Shown one piece after another: positions 13,580-27,801 of a DNA stretch of 64,000 bases. The stretch's first letter is position 1; the number at the start of each line of letters is the position of its first letter. A program made the translations under genes and the position numbers. This stretch comes from Octopus vulgaris (lineage: Eukaryota): assembly GCA_951406725.2 (NCBI GenBank), contig OX597828.1, positions 5,456,001 through 5,520,000 of the forward strand. The letters run 5' to 3'. The notes below the pieces were generated by a model. The model worked only from the letters and a program-made list of their open reading frames with translations, had not been told where the DNA came from and did not search any database.

Positions 13580-13910
13580 GTACTACCTACCATCATTCAA
13601 CCAATCGACCATCAGACCGTACGATTTCGAGCTCTTTCTGCTCATACTGAGTGGTGGATACTCCTTCGCTCTACTTCTTGCAAAATATATCGGCGGCAGG
13701 CTGCATCGTATGACCAGCTGGAGGAGGTGTGCTCCTGGGGTTAAAATGACAGAAACGTCGCTTCCTGCGGAACAGCCATGTTCAATTGGCGGCAAACATC
13801 ACTTCTTAGTATAGTCTCTTATGCAAGATCAGTGACTGGGTGTCACTTATTTTCTAGATATATTGCGAGCTGGAATGAACTTCTGGTATTTCTAGCGGAC
13901 GAGTACTCAC
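13580..13910 (+). mobile_element. Possible old LINE 3' remnant (CR1/L2-like)
   Basis: GC-richer island; LFSRYIASWNEL resembles the FF.R....WN.LP C-terminus of APE-LINE ORF2. Confidence 0.3.
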
Positions 13911-14825
13911 CACCGAGGATTAGCACAACGGCCTCTACAATTATGTGTGTGTGTGTTTGTGTGTGCGTATGCATATATATGTGTGCTTGTGTATGTGTGT
14001 GTATTCAACGCAATCAATCGTTTTTTCTTATTGTCTATAATAGACTGAGTATGATTTTCATGATAGATCCATAATTTCGCTACTCAGGACGATTATAAAA
14101 GTTCGTTTTTGAGTGTCAATATATTATATTAAACTCTGATTTGATATCTTTTAAATAAAATGTAATATTTTTAATATCCAAACTGAAAGCGTTTAAATTC
14201 AATATATATATATATATTGTACGAGAAGATCTCACGAAACCCTTCGCAGGACCATTTTTTAAATATAGTATCATATTTCTCTTAGTTTAAAATAATTTGA
14301 ATTCATAATATGAATACATAAACAGTTAGAATAATTTACACTATTATTTCTCAATGAAAATTCACTTGCATAAATATTCATTTCTTTATTGCCTATAAGA
14401 TTTATCTCTTATTCACAAGACTATGTGCAGAATATTAAATAAATATGACTGTGGCAGTTGGTATTATTAACCTAAATATCATTCTTCAACATTTCTATCT
14501 GACACATTGCAAACATATACGAGATGGTACCGACAAGAAACCGGAATTTTATAATAATATTTTATTCACTAGTTTTACATGTTTACACTTGAATTCCCAC
14601 CGAGTATTCTCTATTTGAACCAATGCATCGGTCGTGACTCGTTTTCCAATGTTCGAAGCAATGTTGGAAGTTCTGCAACGTGAGGCCTTTTAACGCCTCC
14701 ATCGTTTTTTACTTTACCTCTTAAACATCTGTAAATTCCACAGTACCAGCTGTGGAAATGTATGCGTGGCGTTCGATCATATAATATAAATAATATATAT
14801 GCATATATAGATAAATATATGTACA

Positions 14826-15012
14826 ATAATATTCGAAACGCGGAGTAAAAGAAAAACAGGTGACAACTGATGAAGGGATTCTTCTTTATGTTGCCTGCCT
14901 CGTTTTTCTATTTGTCCCTTTCTTTGTTCGGAAAAAAGTTTCTTTTTTATCTTTTTGTTTTTTACGTTCTCGTTTTTCATTTTGTTCACGTTTTTTTTTT
15001 ATGTCCTGTACC
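14826..15012 (+). repeat. Unclassified interspersed repeat, 3' part (same family as 15388-15962)
   Basis: AAAACAGG.GACAACTGATGAAGGGATT..TCTTTATG...CATTTTGTTCACGT...TCCTGTAC shared with ~15795-15962. Confidence 0.8.
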
Positions 15013-15084
15013 CCGATATATGCATGTGTATGTATGTATGTATGTATGTATGTATGTATGTATGTATGTATGTATATATATATG

Positions 15085-15136
<52 letters not shown>

Positions 15137-15138
<2 letters not shown>

Positions 15139-15307
15139 TAATTTATTATATAGAAGGAGCTTCTACAGGACTAGAACTATTTCATTCAAGAGAAATCTAA
15201 CAGTTCTAGTCCTGTAGAAGCTCCTTCTATATAATAAATTAATTTTACTCTGTATGTATTGAGTACCTTATTTACTGTGGTTAACCCCGAATCAACCCGG
15301 GACCTAC
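15137..15307. mobile_element. Small fold-back element in (TA)n (42-bp arms 15137-15178 / 15202-15243)
   Basis: Perfect inverted repeat ATTAATTTATTATATAGAAGGAGCTTCTACAGGACTAGAACT. The minus strand through the loop reads ..AGA-TTTCTCTTGAAT-GAAA-TAGTTCTA-GTC-CTGTAG, like the 3' part of an HHR. Confidence 0.75.
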
Positions 15308-15348
<41 letters not shown>

Positions 15349-15387
15349 CGTAAGTTTATACATATATGTATGTATGTATGCATATAT

Positions 15388-15962
15388 ATATTATATGATC
15401 GAAAGCCTCGCATCCATTTCAAAGTAAGTTTTATCTTAAGCATTCTGATGTACACTCTACAACTATCTCTATTCCCCCTTTATTTCACTATTCTCTTTCT
15501 CTCTCTCACTCTACCTCCTTGATCCTTGAATCTGCCGTTGCTCACATTTGACCAGCGGCTATCGTTCTTTCTTCCTCTTGCTTTACAAGGGACAAAACCT
15601 ACTTTTGCCTGTCTCTTGTCATAGCCACTTTCTCCGTTATGGCTTAACGGCACTTACCGTTTGTTTTTACTGTTTTGTTGTTACTGTCCTGTATTTGTTA
15701 TCACTTCAACCTTCCGCAAATTCACAAACTTTATTTAATTTACTTTGCGGGAATGAGTGTTTTGACGAAGTCGAGTCTTGCCCCAACGTTTGAGTAGATA
15801 AAACAGGGGACAACTGATGAAGGGATTATTCTTTATGCTGCCTCTCTTGTTTCTCTATTTGTTTCTTTCGTTGATCAGAAAAAATGTTCGTTTTCCATGT
15901 TTTTCTTATTTATGTTCTCGTTTTTCATTTTGTTCACGTCTTTTTTTTTTGACATCCTGTAC
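15388..15962 (+). repeat. Unclassified (TA)n-flanked interspersed repeat, possibly PLE-derived
   Basis: Head TATATGATCGAA.GCC.CGCAT.CATTTC recurs inverted at ~14755-14795 and direct at ~16078-16107; tail recurs at 14826-15012. Confidence 0.65.
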
Positions 15963-16008
15963 TTATATACACACATACATATGCCTATATATACACACAT
16001 ACACACAA

Positions 16009-16043
<35 letters not shown>

Positions 16044-16141
16044 GATATGTGCATATATGTATTTATATAGGTATATATATATGATTGAACGCCACGTATC
16101 TATTTCCAAGAATATATATGCGTGTGTATGTATGTGTGTAT

Positions 16142-16183
<42 letters not shown>

Positions 16184-16871
16184 GTATATATATGCATGTA
16201 TATATATATATATATATATATACGTATATATGTATATGAATATTGAATGATATTATATATACAGATATATAATGTCAAATACACAGACATATATGTATAT
16301 ACTCGTATTCACTCATTTACATTTTCGTATAGGAGATTTATATGTCTACGTATCTTGAGTTTAGTGTCTTAGCGTTAGATTATCTTTTATTTATTACATG
16401 TCTTATATTTTATTACTCATACATTTCCCCTATAAAACTAACATCTAAAACATTCTCTTAATTCGTATTTCAAACTCAAACTAATGCTTCCGAAGCCTTT
16501 CATTTCATAAAAAAGACATCAAAGATGTAATTCGTTTTTTTTTTACTCTCCCACTAGCAACATCGAAGCTCCAGGTTACAGCTGGAAAATTTTCATATTT
16601 TACCAATAATTTTATCTTGATGTATCATTATCCTACATGAATGTATGTAGATGCACACGAGTGCAAATGCACACATGTTCTTGCGCACACACATACATAC
16701 ACACATATTTATATATGTGTGTGTGTATATATATGTATATGCATATTGTTATAATACTTGTCATTTTGTAGTATTTCTTCAAGCAATTCTCTGTAAATTT
16801 TTATAGTCCTGAATTCTAAACATTTGACATAGTGTCTTACGAGAAATTGCCACATACATCTGAAGATTGCC

Positions 16872-16972
<101 letters not shown>

Positions 16973-17270
16973 TATACATACATACATATATACATATACA
17001 TATAAATACACATATATACATATACATATTTATATATATATATATATACATATATACATATACACATATATACATATACATACATACATAGGTATACATG
17101 CATACATATATACATATACATACATACATAGGTATACATACATACATATATATATATGTGTATATATATATATATGCATATACATACATATATGTATATA
17201 TATATATATACATATGCATACCTATATATATATACATATGCATATACATACGTATATACATATACATTTA

Positions 17271-17319
<49 letters not shown>

Positions 17320-18644
17320 GTGTGTATAAATCAGAAATGCAAAGCGATATTCACTTGTAAGCTGGCAAATGACGCCTTTGTTGATATTTCTTTTCCATTT
17401 CCCAATATCAAATACTTGCTATGCTTTGATTTTGAAACCCAATAAAAGATCTGTAAATGGATTGCGATGTTACAGGACACCAGTGAAATTATTACATGGA
17501 AACCAGGATGATGGATGCTGGATTAATGTAAAAACTGGTGATATAAAACGTAGCTCGAATTCTTTGTGCATTGCACTTAAAAATTATTTCCTTAATTCAA
17601 TATTTCGCAATAAAAGTATATCGCATTTCACTTTTTTCTTTATCGATTAAAACATTAAACAATATTTCATATACAAATATGTCTAACTTAACATATTTTT
17701 ATTCTGTGCTCCTTTATGTGTGTATACGTTCTTATGTTATTGAGTGTCTAATATTGATATTCATGTAGTATTAACAAATATATATCATACTTAATACATG
17801 TGATGAGCATTGGTATCAATTACTTGAATATTCACAATGAATAATATAAAATGTGTATGATTAGATATATTAATTTTGAAAGAATTTGTTTACAGGTAAA
17901 GGAAAGTAGCTTTGAAATATGAGCGGGCACGAAACTTTTTAATGACGAATAACTAAATCTCACGGTTGTGTTTGATGGATTTAAATTTTATTTTACTGGA
18001 TACCAAGAACCACAGGTTACATGAAGACCCATTGAAATGTCGAATGCAGGGTGAATATTTTCAGCATGATTTAAAATATAAATAATCTGAGTTTTGAAGA
18101 GACAATGACTTGGAGGGAGGAAAAAACTCTTGAATATTATGATAAACAACGGAGCCTGAATTTTAAAATTGAATTTTAAAAAGGTAAGTCTGGAAGGTGA
18201 AAAAGTAAGTTTGTTAACTCGTTTCAAATACAAGCATCCATTAGGCTGCGTTACAAAATCACTACAAACAATATTACAAAATTATTAGCCGAATTAAATT
18301 GATGCCTCTGCTCATCATGATGAGCTCACTTCTGCGTCTTTAGATGTACCATTTACTCTCATTATTTATTTACTATGACAAAAAAAGAGAACAATAGCGT
18401 CCTAAAGTAATCATCATGCTTTTCAACCGGTCTAGAGATACATCTCGTCCACCCTGTTTGTATGGCCTCAATTGAAAACTGTTTTGAGAAATATTGACTA
18501 TTGTTACTAATCCAACGGCTTTGGATGTGTTTTGGTTCACATATGAAATATTGCCTATTTGATATCTTAGCCGTGAGTTCTCATTGCTTTCCTATGAATT
18601 TTATCTAATTCATAAAGGCTTCATTATGATTTGCCATTATGATT

Positions 18645-18905
18645 TGCCGAGGACTCCAAATTTGCCATCAAGATGAAGGGCAAGTTACTGCAATAGCCTG
18701 GGCTTCAGAGGTCCACAGCTCTTCAATATCCTCCCGAAGGACCTGAGAGACGTGCATGGGGTGGATGTAGGTGACTTCCAAATAACGCTGGACCTCCTCC
18801 TGTAAGGTGTCCCAGATGAACCAACTTTGCGGCAGGAGGTGCAGCCGAGGGCAGCTGCATCAAACTCTCTCATGCACCAAATATCAATTGCGAAAAAGCA
18901 TTCAT
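18645..18905 (+). mobile_element. CR1-like LINE 3' fragment
   Basis: YCNSLGFRGPQLFNILPKDLRDVHGVDVGDFQITLDLLL*GVPDEPT...AASNSL; homologous to 35620-36160. Confidence 0.75.
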
Positions 18906-18916
18906 GAAGTATGGTT

Positions 18917-19488
18917 TATTTTATTTTTAATAAGTTTCAAAATCATTAAAGAATAATCAAGTTCGATATTTAGAGTTCTGTAGTGATAATATTGATGAAC
19001 ATTAATATTTAAATATTAATCACTTTAGAAAAATAATTTTGTTCTTACCATAATAAACATATACTGTATGAATACTGTAAATTCATGTACTGATACGATC
19101 TACGTCACGTACCAAAGTCTATTCTAAAAAATTCAGACTATATTCTAGAGTATATCGCAGCATTGTATTTCGTTTTACGACAGTTGTACTTCATCCATAC
19201 AACTGTCGTAAAACGAAATACAATGCTGACGATATACTAATTCTAGAATATAGTCTGAACAAAATTATTTTTAGAATAGACTTTGGTACGTGACGTAGAT
19301 CGATTATAATGATTTACATGAATTTACAGTATTCATACAGTATATGTTTATTATGGTAAGAACAAAATTATTTTTCTAAAGTGATTAATATTTAAATATT
19401 AATGTTCATCAATATTATCACTACAGAACTCTAAATATCGAACTTGATTATTCTTTAATGATTTTGATAACTTATTAAAAATAAAATA
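18917..19488. repeat. Long palindrome, ~270-290-bp arms, 9-nt loop (19189-19197)
   Basis: Arms are reverse complements with only a few small indels, e.g. TTTCGTTTTACGACAGTTGTA-cttcatcca-TACAACTGTCGTAAAACGAAA. Confidence 0.95.
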
Positions 19489-19539
19489 TGTATGGATATA
19501 TATATATATATATACATACATACATATATATCTATTATT

Positions 19540-19620
<81 letters not shown>

Positions 19621-21988
19621 TATATATATATTCATACATACATCATGCATAGATCATACATACATACATAAAAAGGCAGTTCCTTAGCACAGTCGAAGTA
19701 ATGGGAATTTTCGTCGCCTATCAGCTTCTTTCTACTTAAAACATCTAAGTGTTTGGACTTAAACCTGTTAACTAATGAAGCACTACCAAGGAGTATCAGT
19801 TGACACTGTTAACTACTTAAAGCTGCCGCGGCCGTGATTTTGAGAAATAAATTGGAACAAAATGTTCCTTCTCTATAACATCATAGTGTTCTACTTTTTC
19901 TGATTTAGTGTTTCGAAGACTACATTGTGGAATATATCAAACCATATTGAAAAATACATTGGTGGCGGATACTGTGTTATTCTTCCTAAATGGTCTATTT
20001 TCTCGTTGTAGTTCTCTCATTGGCATCAGTTTTTGCTGGTTGTCTGAACCTTGGACTGATAGTGATTTGTTTGGAAGTGATTACGCCTCACCTGTTCATG
20101 TATGAATTTAAGATTTCCGACTCCAAGTCTTATATCAGATTTTCTTTCAGATTACTGATTATAAAGTAGCACGGTTATACTAGTAATACTACGTGACACA
20201 GACACATGCATTTAATCACCCGAATGAAATAACTTCTGAAAAGTTATGGGAAGGGCACAAACGAGTAGGAAATTCTGGACATATAAACAATCGATCAAAC
20301 TGGATGAAGTTTGTTTAATTGTATAGAAGGGACGTAATGTTAGTGGATAGATGTGATTATATTTGGAGGTTGAAACACAATGCAGAAGATGGAGTCATAT
20401 AAAAAGAAGTATATGGGAATACTAGAAATGTCCATCCCAATTTTTTTATTCCTGACTAGAAATGATCTCAGACACCGGTATAAACATTCAATAGTTATTT
20501 ACTAGGATACTGTTAGAGACAAATGTTATATCCTAATGTTTCTCTTCAACAGCGAAACAATTTTGTAATTTAACATTACATAAATGTTGACATTATTTCG
20601 TGGGTCTTTATAGTCATATCCTAGAAATCATTAACATAAATGTATTCTGTACTATTGTAAAATGGACGGAAATGAAAACCATGTCGTTTGTATTGCCTCC
20701 TGATAGTAGATACTGCATCTGTATATGGAACAAAATCCCCGCATCGGTGTAATCTCAGGTATATGTTTCTACATATCTATAAAATGCTTTAGCTTAAGTG
20801 TCATATCATTAAGGTTAATATTCCTCTAGATAGCCACCTGCGTTGTTATACCGTTACAGGATTGAAATTAAATGTTTTATGGTGGCTTTTGGAACTTTTA
20901 TGATTTGCTATAAAGTGCGTGAAGGCGAGTGTAATACAATATATTTGTACCCCATTGAATTCCCTGTTAATAGTGGATTGCTGCTTCCAGCTGAGCAAAT
21001 AAAGTAGTTGAAATATAAATGATATGATATATTGCAGATTTCCTTTATTTTACTCTCACTTGAGTAATGTATGTAAATTCATTTGCAAAGCTTCCAAATA
21101 TTTGCTAGTGAGAGGCTCCAGAGTTCGTTTTAGGAGACATGAATTATTCTGTACACTAAATATTATTTTATTGGACAGAACCACGACGATAAATTCCAGA
21201 TAAGTAGAGTATGCAATATCATATTGCATCAATAATTTATTCCTATGTTATATTGGGATTCTATTTCAAGACCATGTTGCTTACATTCAGATGTTTTGAT
21301 GTTTGCTTCTATGATAGGTTTAAATGGTGACATAAAATACTGTAGATACATTGCACTCTATTTATAACATGCATTATCAATATGTGAAGTATAATAACAA
21401 ATATCTTTGCGTAATTTCATAACGATCATGACAAAGTATTTTTATAATTTCATACATGAATGACTGTAAAGATTCTCTATATAATTTTACTGATAGCAAA
21501 CTCATTTGCGTTAAATAAATCACTATTTCAGTACAAAGAATGAAAGGCAAGGAGAAAGACTTGTACAAAAATATTCAAAAATTGAATGATTGAATAATTC
21601 TTAATCCTATGAGAGTCAATTTACTTAGCCTGTGTCAATGGAAGTCGAACGTTTTTCGTACGGCAATTAATCTGGCTTTTTATGCTGCTTATTAAAGAAA
21701 GATTCGTGTACTGTATAGTACATTCCTAAATCAATATCTCGTCAGTTTCGGACGTTAGAGTGTTAATTTTTCTGGAGGTGTCACCGAGTTGTATATTCTG
21801 TCGCATAATTATGTGTATGTATTGTTTTTAATTGCATATACCTCATATATATTATGAATAACATAATAGTACCGGTAAAGTACTGGACTCAAAACGTATC
21901 GAATAATACTCTATGTTCAACATCGCTCAAATTCTGTCTAAATTAAAAATAATTATTGCTATTATTATTATTATTATTATTATTATTA

Positions 21989-22328
21989 TGAAGGCGCATG
22001 GCTCAGTGGTTAGAGCGCCGAGCTTACGATCGTGAGGTTGTGAGCTCGAATCCCGGACCGGGCTGCGTGTTGTGTTCTTGAGCAAGGCACTTTATTTCAC
22101 GTTGCTCCAGTTCACTCAGCTGTAGAAATGAGTTGCGACGTCACTGGTGCCAAGCTGTATCGACCTTTGTCTTTCCCTTGGATAACACTGGTGGCGTGGA
22201 GAGGGGAGGCTGGTATGCATGGGCGACTGCTGGTCTTCCATAAACAACCTTGCCCGGACTTGTGTCTAGGAGGGTAACTTTCTAGGTGCAATCCCATGGT
22301 CATTCATGACCGAAGGGGGTCTTTACCC

Positions 22329-22330
<2 letters not shown>
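21989..22330 (+). mobile_element. tRNA-derived SINE, family 2, within (ATT)n
   Basis: A/B boxes; homologous to 10916-11226. Confidence 0.9.
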
Positions 22331-22389
<59 letters not shown>

Positions 22390-22393
<4 letters not shown>

Positions 22394-23281
22394 TAGTTTT
22401 ATTTTTATAGCTTGCTTTCATTTCACTACCGAGCGCAGCTCTGTGTGCCTTGGGTATGTGCTGTGATTTGGTGTGATGCTCTGATGGTTATTGTATGGAA
22501 AGTGTTCTGCGTAGGATGTTTGCAGTGCTTAGTAGTGCAATTTTCCGTATGTTATATGTGTTTGTAAGTCCTGGTGTTTTTGTTATGTATTTGTCTGAAT
22601 ATTTTTTTATCATGCCTTATGCACCTACTATGATAGGAATTGTTTCTGTTTTTAGATTCCACATTCTGGTTACCTCCATTTCCAGGTCTTTGTATTTTGA
22701 AAGTTTCTCCATTTTTTTTTAGAGACACGTTGTCATCTGCCGGTATTGATACATCAATTAAAAAGCATTTTTTTCTTCATGATCTCTGACAACTATATCT
22801 GGTCTGTTGGCCTTAATTTCTCTATCTGTGTGTATCGGCATATCCCAGAGTATGGTTGCTTTCTCGTTTTCTGTGACCTTTTCTGGTGTGTGCCTATACC
22901 ATCTTTTTCTGTTGTTATTCCATAATGTTGGCATAGCTTCCAGTGTATGTAGGTTCCAACTCTGTCATGTCTGTGAATATATTCCTTCTTAGCCAGGACT
23001 GGGCAGCCAGAGGTAATATGATTTATTGTTTCTTGTCCATCTCCACATATTCTGCAGTTACTTGTTATATTTCTTTTCATTATATGTTTTTGGTAATTTC
23101 TGGTGGGGAGGCTTTGGTCTTGTGCTGCAATTAAAAATCCCTCTGTTTCTGCTTTGAGTCCTGAGCTTCTCAACCATTGCTGGGATTTTTCTTTGTCTAT
23201 TTCTTTTGCATTTAGTTTAGTCCAGTATTTACCGTGAAGGGGTTTTTCTTGCCATCGTTTTATCATGGTTCTTTGCTGTTC

Positions 23282-23282
<1 letters not shown>
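22390..23282 (-). mobile_element. R4/Dong-like RLE LINE, family A, 5'-truncated
   Basis: WQEKPLHGKY, CCHC knuckle CRICGDGQETINHITSGC, RHD motif; frameshifted; (TAA)n on both sides; near-identical to 27802-28740. Confidence 0.92.
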
Positions 23283-23341
<59 letters not shown>

Positions 23342-23345
<4 letters not shown>

Positions 23346-23882
23346 TAGTTTTATTTTTATTTTTATAGCGTGCTTTCACTTCACTACCGAGCGCAGCTCT
23401 GTGTGCCTTGGGTATGTGCTGTGATTTGGTGTGATGCTCTGATGGTTATTGTATGGAAAGTGTTCTGCGTAGGATGTGTGCAGTGCCTAGTAGTGCAATA
23501 TTCTGTATGTTATATGTGTTTGTAAGTCCTGGTGTTTTTGTTATGTATTTGTCTGAATATTTTTTTATCATGCCTAATGCACCTACTATGATAGGAATTG
23601 TTTCTGTTTTCAGATTCCACATTCTAGTTACCTCTATTTCCAGGTCTTTGTATTTTGAGAGTTTCTCCATTTCTTTTAGAGTACGTTGTCATCTGCCGGT
23701 ACTGATACATCAATTAGAAAGCATTTTTTTTCTTCATGATCTCTGACAACTATATCTGGTCTGTTGGCCTTAATTTCTCTATCTGTGTGTATCGGCATAT
23801 CCCAGAGTATGGTTACTTTCTCGTTTTCTGTGACCTTTTCTGGTGTGTGCCTATACCATCTTTTTTTTTTTTTTTTTTTCTG

Positions 23883-23887
<5 letters not shown>
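23342..23887 (-). mobile_element. R4/Dong-like RLE LINE, family A, 5'-truncated
   Basis: RLE region EKLSKYKDLEIEVTRMWNLK...LGTAHILRRTL with the same 3' UTR; flanked by (TAA)n. Confidence 0.92.
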
Positions 23888-23937
<50 letters not shown>

Positions 23938-23939
<2 letters not shown>

Positions 23940-26900
23940 GTTTGATGTTTGCTTTATATTTGTACAAGTTGGCTCCAAGTCTCACCCAGAGACCCCAAGA
24001 GACAACAGGTTGGAAGTTCACGTTGTTGTTGTGCATAGTGTGCCATATATTTGGGTTTTTTGTGGTGTTGTACTAGTGGATGTCTAAAAAAACCTTGAGA
24101 TTACATAGAAAGTATAATGCGTAGGATATGAGTAGTTCCTATGAGCACTATTTTTTGAATTTCTGCCATTTTTGGTTTTCCTGGTATCTGAGTTAGGTAG
24201 CAATCAGCCCCTTTTGATATCATTCCCAGGGTACCTATGACAACAGGTATCGTTTTAGACTTCAGGTTCCACATTTTGCTGATTTCTATCTCAAGATCTT
24301 TATATTTGCTCAGTTTTTGGTAGGTTTTGACAGATACGTTTATATCGATTGGGACAGTCATATCAATGAGGAGGCATGTTCTTTGTCTGAAGTCTTTCAA
24401 TATGATGTCTGGCCTATTTGCATCTATCTTTCTGTCAGTTTGAATGGGGAAGTTCCAGAAGAGTGCGATGTGGTCATTTTCAAGCACTGGGGGTGGTTTG
24501 CGTTCCCACCGGTTTTTTTCATGGGCAAATCCAGGTTTTTGCAGATTACCCAGTGGATATATTGTGCGGCTCTATCATGCCTGTTGAGATATTCTGTATG
24601 CGCTAGAAGACTGCACTTGGAGACAACATGATCAATGGTTTCATTTTGTTGTTGACATACACGACATGTTGGGCTACTGCCGTTCTTTATGTATGTTGGC
24701 CTGGTAGCTTCTTGTTGGTAGGCATTGATCTTGAGCTACTGTGATAAACCCTTCGCTTTCAGATTTTAAGCCAGAGGCCATTGATGGGTTAGGGCTTTGT
24801 CAACATCTGCATTATTCGCTCTCTTTGGGTATTTGCCATAGAGAGGTTTTTCTTGCCATTTATCATTCAGAATATTTAAGGCCGCAGTCTTAGCACGGGT
24901 TTTCATGCGCTTAGATTTTTCTGTGCTTGTTTCTTGCATGTCTATCTCTAATTCCGAAATTTGTTGTATTCGGAATTCACTTAGATGTTCCTTTGCCTGT
25001 TTTGTTACTGAGTATGATGCCTTCTTTTTTTCATGTTTTGAGACAAGTTTTAACATCCAGCCCTCAGAGTTTTTCAGGTAGGTATCCAGGCCAATTGTAG
25101 CAATCTTCATTGTTATTGCCAGTTGTAAAAGTCAACGGCCTCCCTCTTTTCTTGGCAGATAAAGTCGTTCTGTATCTGCCTTAGGGTGGTGCATTCTATG
25201 CATTGTCAACAGTTATCGTATTTTTCTGTCAAGATTAAATATTTCAGGAATTAACCAGTTAACGATATTGAAACTGTAAGTCACGACTGGTATGGCTAAT
25301 GCATTGATTGCTTCGATCCTGTTTCTCACATTCAGCTCTGTCTTGAGTATTGCTCTTACTCTGCGATAACATTCTCTCCTGATCCTTTCCTTCATCTCTG
25401 AATGCCTTATTCCGTTCCCTTTAATTACCCCTAGGTACTTGTTGTTCTCCGCTCGGTCTAATTCTTTTATGACATTCTGCTGGTCAAGGTTAACGCTAGA
25501 TGTTTGTCATTTTTCCTTTGATAAAGGTAGCTTTTGCATATTTATCGAGGCCAAATTGCATTCTGATGCAATTTGAGTTGTTTGACAATCGCTAGTAAGC
25601 TCTTGAGGTGTTGGTCATTTTTTGCAAAGAGCTTTAAATCATCCATGTAAATGAGATGATTTGTATTTTTATCAAACATTTTATATCCGTACTGCGCGTC
25701 ATTGAACAGTTTTGAGAGAGGTATTAAGGCTAAACAGAAGAGGAGTGGTGATAGTGAGTCACCCTGGAAAATGCCACATGAAATTTTTACATCACTAGCA
25801 TTTAGAGATTCATTGTCACTGTTCAAAGTTAGTGTGGTCCTCCATGATCTCATACTTACAGACAAAAAGTTTCGCAGAGTAGGTGCTATCTTATACATTT
25901 CTAGGCATTTCTTAATCCAGTCATGTGGTAGGCTATCAAAAGCATTTTTATAGTCTATCCAGGCTATTGATAAGTTTTTGTGTCGTTTCTGACAATCTTC
26001 TAAGATCATCTTATTGATGAGTAGTTGATCTTTACAACCGTAGGATCCACGTTTAGGGAATATGCTGCTGTCTGCCAAAAAACTATAGGTATATTCCGTC
26101 AGGACAGATGTTAGCGTTTTATACATAGTTGTTAAGCAGGTTATGGGTCTATATTTTTTTGGTTCATTTGTTTCTTCACTTTTTGGGAGCAGGAATATTA
26201 GCCCATTAACTAGTCAAGGAAGCATCCTACTAGGGTGTTGCAAAACATCATTCTAAAGTTCTATTAGCAGTTCATGGCTCTCTGGGAAGGCATTAAACCA
26301 GAAGTTTTGGATTTTATCCTTTCATGGAGACTTCTATTTGCTTGACCTCCTGAGAGCAGATCTTATATCTTCTACCTTGACACCCTCCCACTTTTGCTCT
26401 TCTAAGGAGTCCAGTTCTTTAGATATTCTATCAATCCAGGGGCCTTTTCGTTGTGTGTTTTTTCTCCTACCCAAATTTTATTCCGAAATCTCTGCACTTC
26501 TTCTTTTGATGGTACATACTTTACAGTAACTGGTGTTTTTCCTATCTTCTTGTAAAAATTTTTGGGGTTATTTTTGAACATGTTGTTGTCCTTGAAGAAC
26601 CTAACACGCTTTTCATAACTCGCTATGCGAGCAGCTTTAGCAGATACCTTTTGCTTGATGGATTCTATGGTGGCATCAATATCAAATATAGTTTTCATAT
26701 TATATTTTTTCATTAGTTTTGGGGTTTTTGTAGGTTTGGTAGTCTTGTGAACCTTAAGGTTTTTCAAATATTCAATGTCAGAACTAAATAGTTTAATTTG
26801 TTGTTGGATACGCTCTTGCCAAGAAGGCTTTTTGTGGAAATGTTGCCGTTTTCTAATCTTTTCACCACATAGGATCGTTGGGATTTTCGCGGATGCATAG

Positions 26901-27513
26901 TATAGGTGGTTGAGACCTGTGAAATCAACATCATTAGCTGAAATTATATTCTTAAGTGCAAGCCGGATTTTACCAATTATTTTCATGTTTTGGTTAGAGT
27001 TGCGGATTTTAGGGAATGTATCGCGTTCATCCATACTGGTTTCTTTAATTTTCAGCCATTCAATCATGATTTGACTTTTTAGCTCATGTAGTTCTGTTGG
27101 GTCAATATTTGACCCAACATCTATTTGATGTTCATCTGTCTTAGTGTTTATGATTGGTTCAGGGAGTATTTCACTTTGCCTATCACTTATACTAACTCTT
27201 TCAATCCTTACTTCGTTTTTATCAGCCCTGGGCTGGTCTATAATTATTTCCTCTGTATTATCTTCTCTAGCTGCAGCTTCGTTCATTTTATCCGTTACTG
27301 CTTGTCTAACTTGATCAATCTCTACTTCAGTCAGTAATTTTTTTTTTTATAATGTTTCTTCTGACGTTGGCAAGTTTGTTACTGTCTATGTAGGGCCTTT
27401 CATCAGGGTGTGTCTATCTCCAGTTTAAGTATGTTTGTACAGTGTTAGATGTGGGGAAATATATGGCATGGTAGAAGGCCGCAAGAACTTCTTTATTATC
27501 TTCCCTAGTCCAT
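23938..27513 (-). mobile_element. R4/Dong-like RLE LINE, family B, near full length, disrupted ORF
   Basis: N-terminal WTREDNKEV..NKLANVRR; RT with WIDYKNAFDS, GIFQGDSLSP and YMDD (25638-25649); WQEKPLYGKY; RLE RPDIIL...IDMTVP...KLSKYKDL. Split by stops and frameshifts. Confidence 0.93.
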
Positions 27514-27704
27514 TAATTCGATAATTAACGCTTTTACTGGTATGCAAATATTTAACCTGGGAGTAACGCATGAAGAATAATGTTAACTTGCTTGGAATTT
27601 TCGAAAATGACTTGGTCACTAAACAAATCACTAAATAACTTAGCGTTTGGACTAGTATTAATGAGAAAGATGAAAACTGAAATGCTCGGAGTAGGGGGTC
27701 AAAC
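27513..27704. repeat. Unclassified ~195-bp repeat, copy 1
   Basis: Matches 29848-30041 end to end (TTAAT.CGATAATTAACGC...CTCGGAGTAGGGGGTCAAACTT). Confidence 0.85.
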
Positions 27705-27775
<71 letters not shown>

Positions 27776-27801
27776 GTTACTATTATTATTATTATTATTA
27801 T

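Noticed and set aside
19908-20105. Possible exon or ORF in unique sequence
   Set aside because: No recognisable motif.
27395-27410. CTGATGA on the minus strand (also 11947 on plus) as an HHR core
   Set aside because: Inside LINE coding sequence (HPDE, YADD); no matching stems or GAAA.
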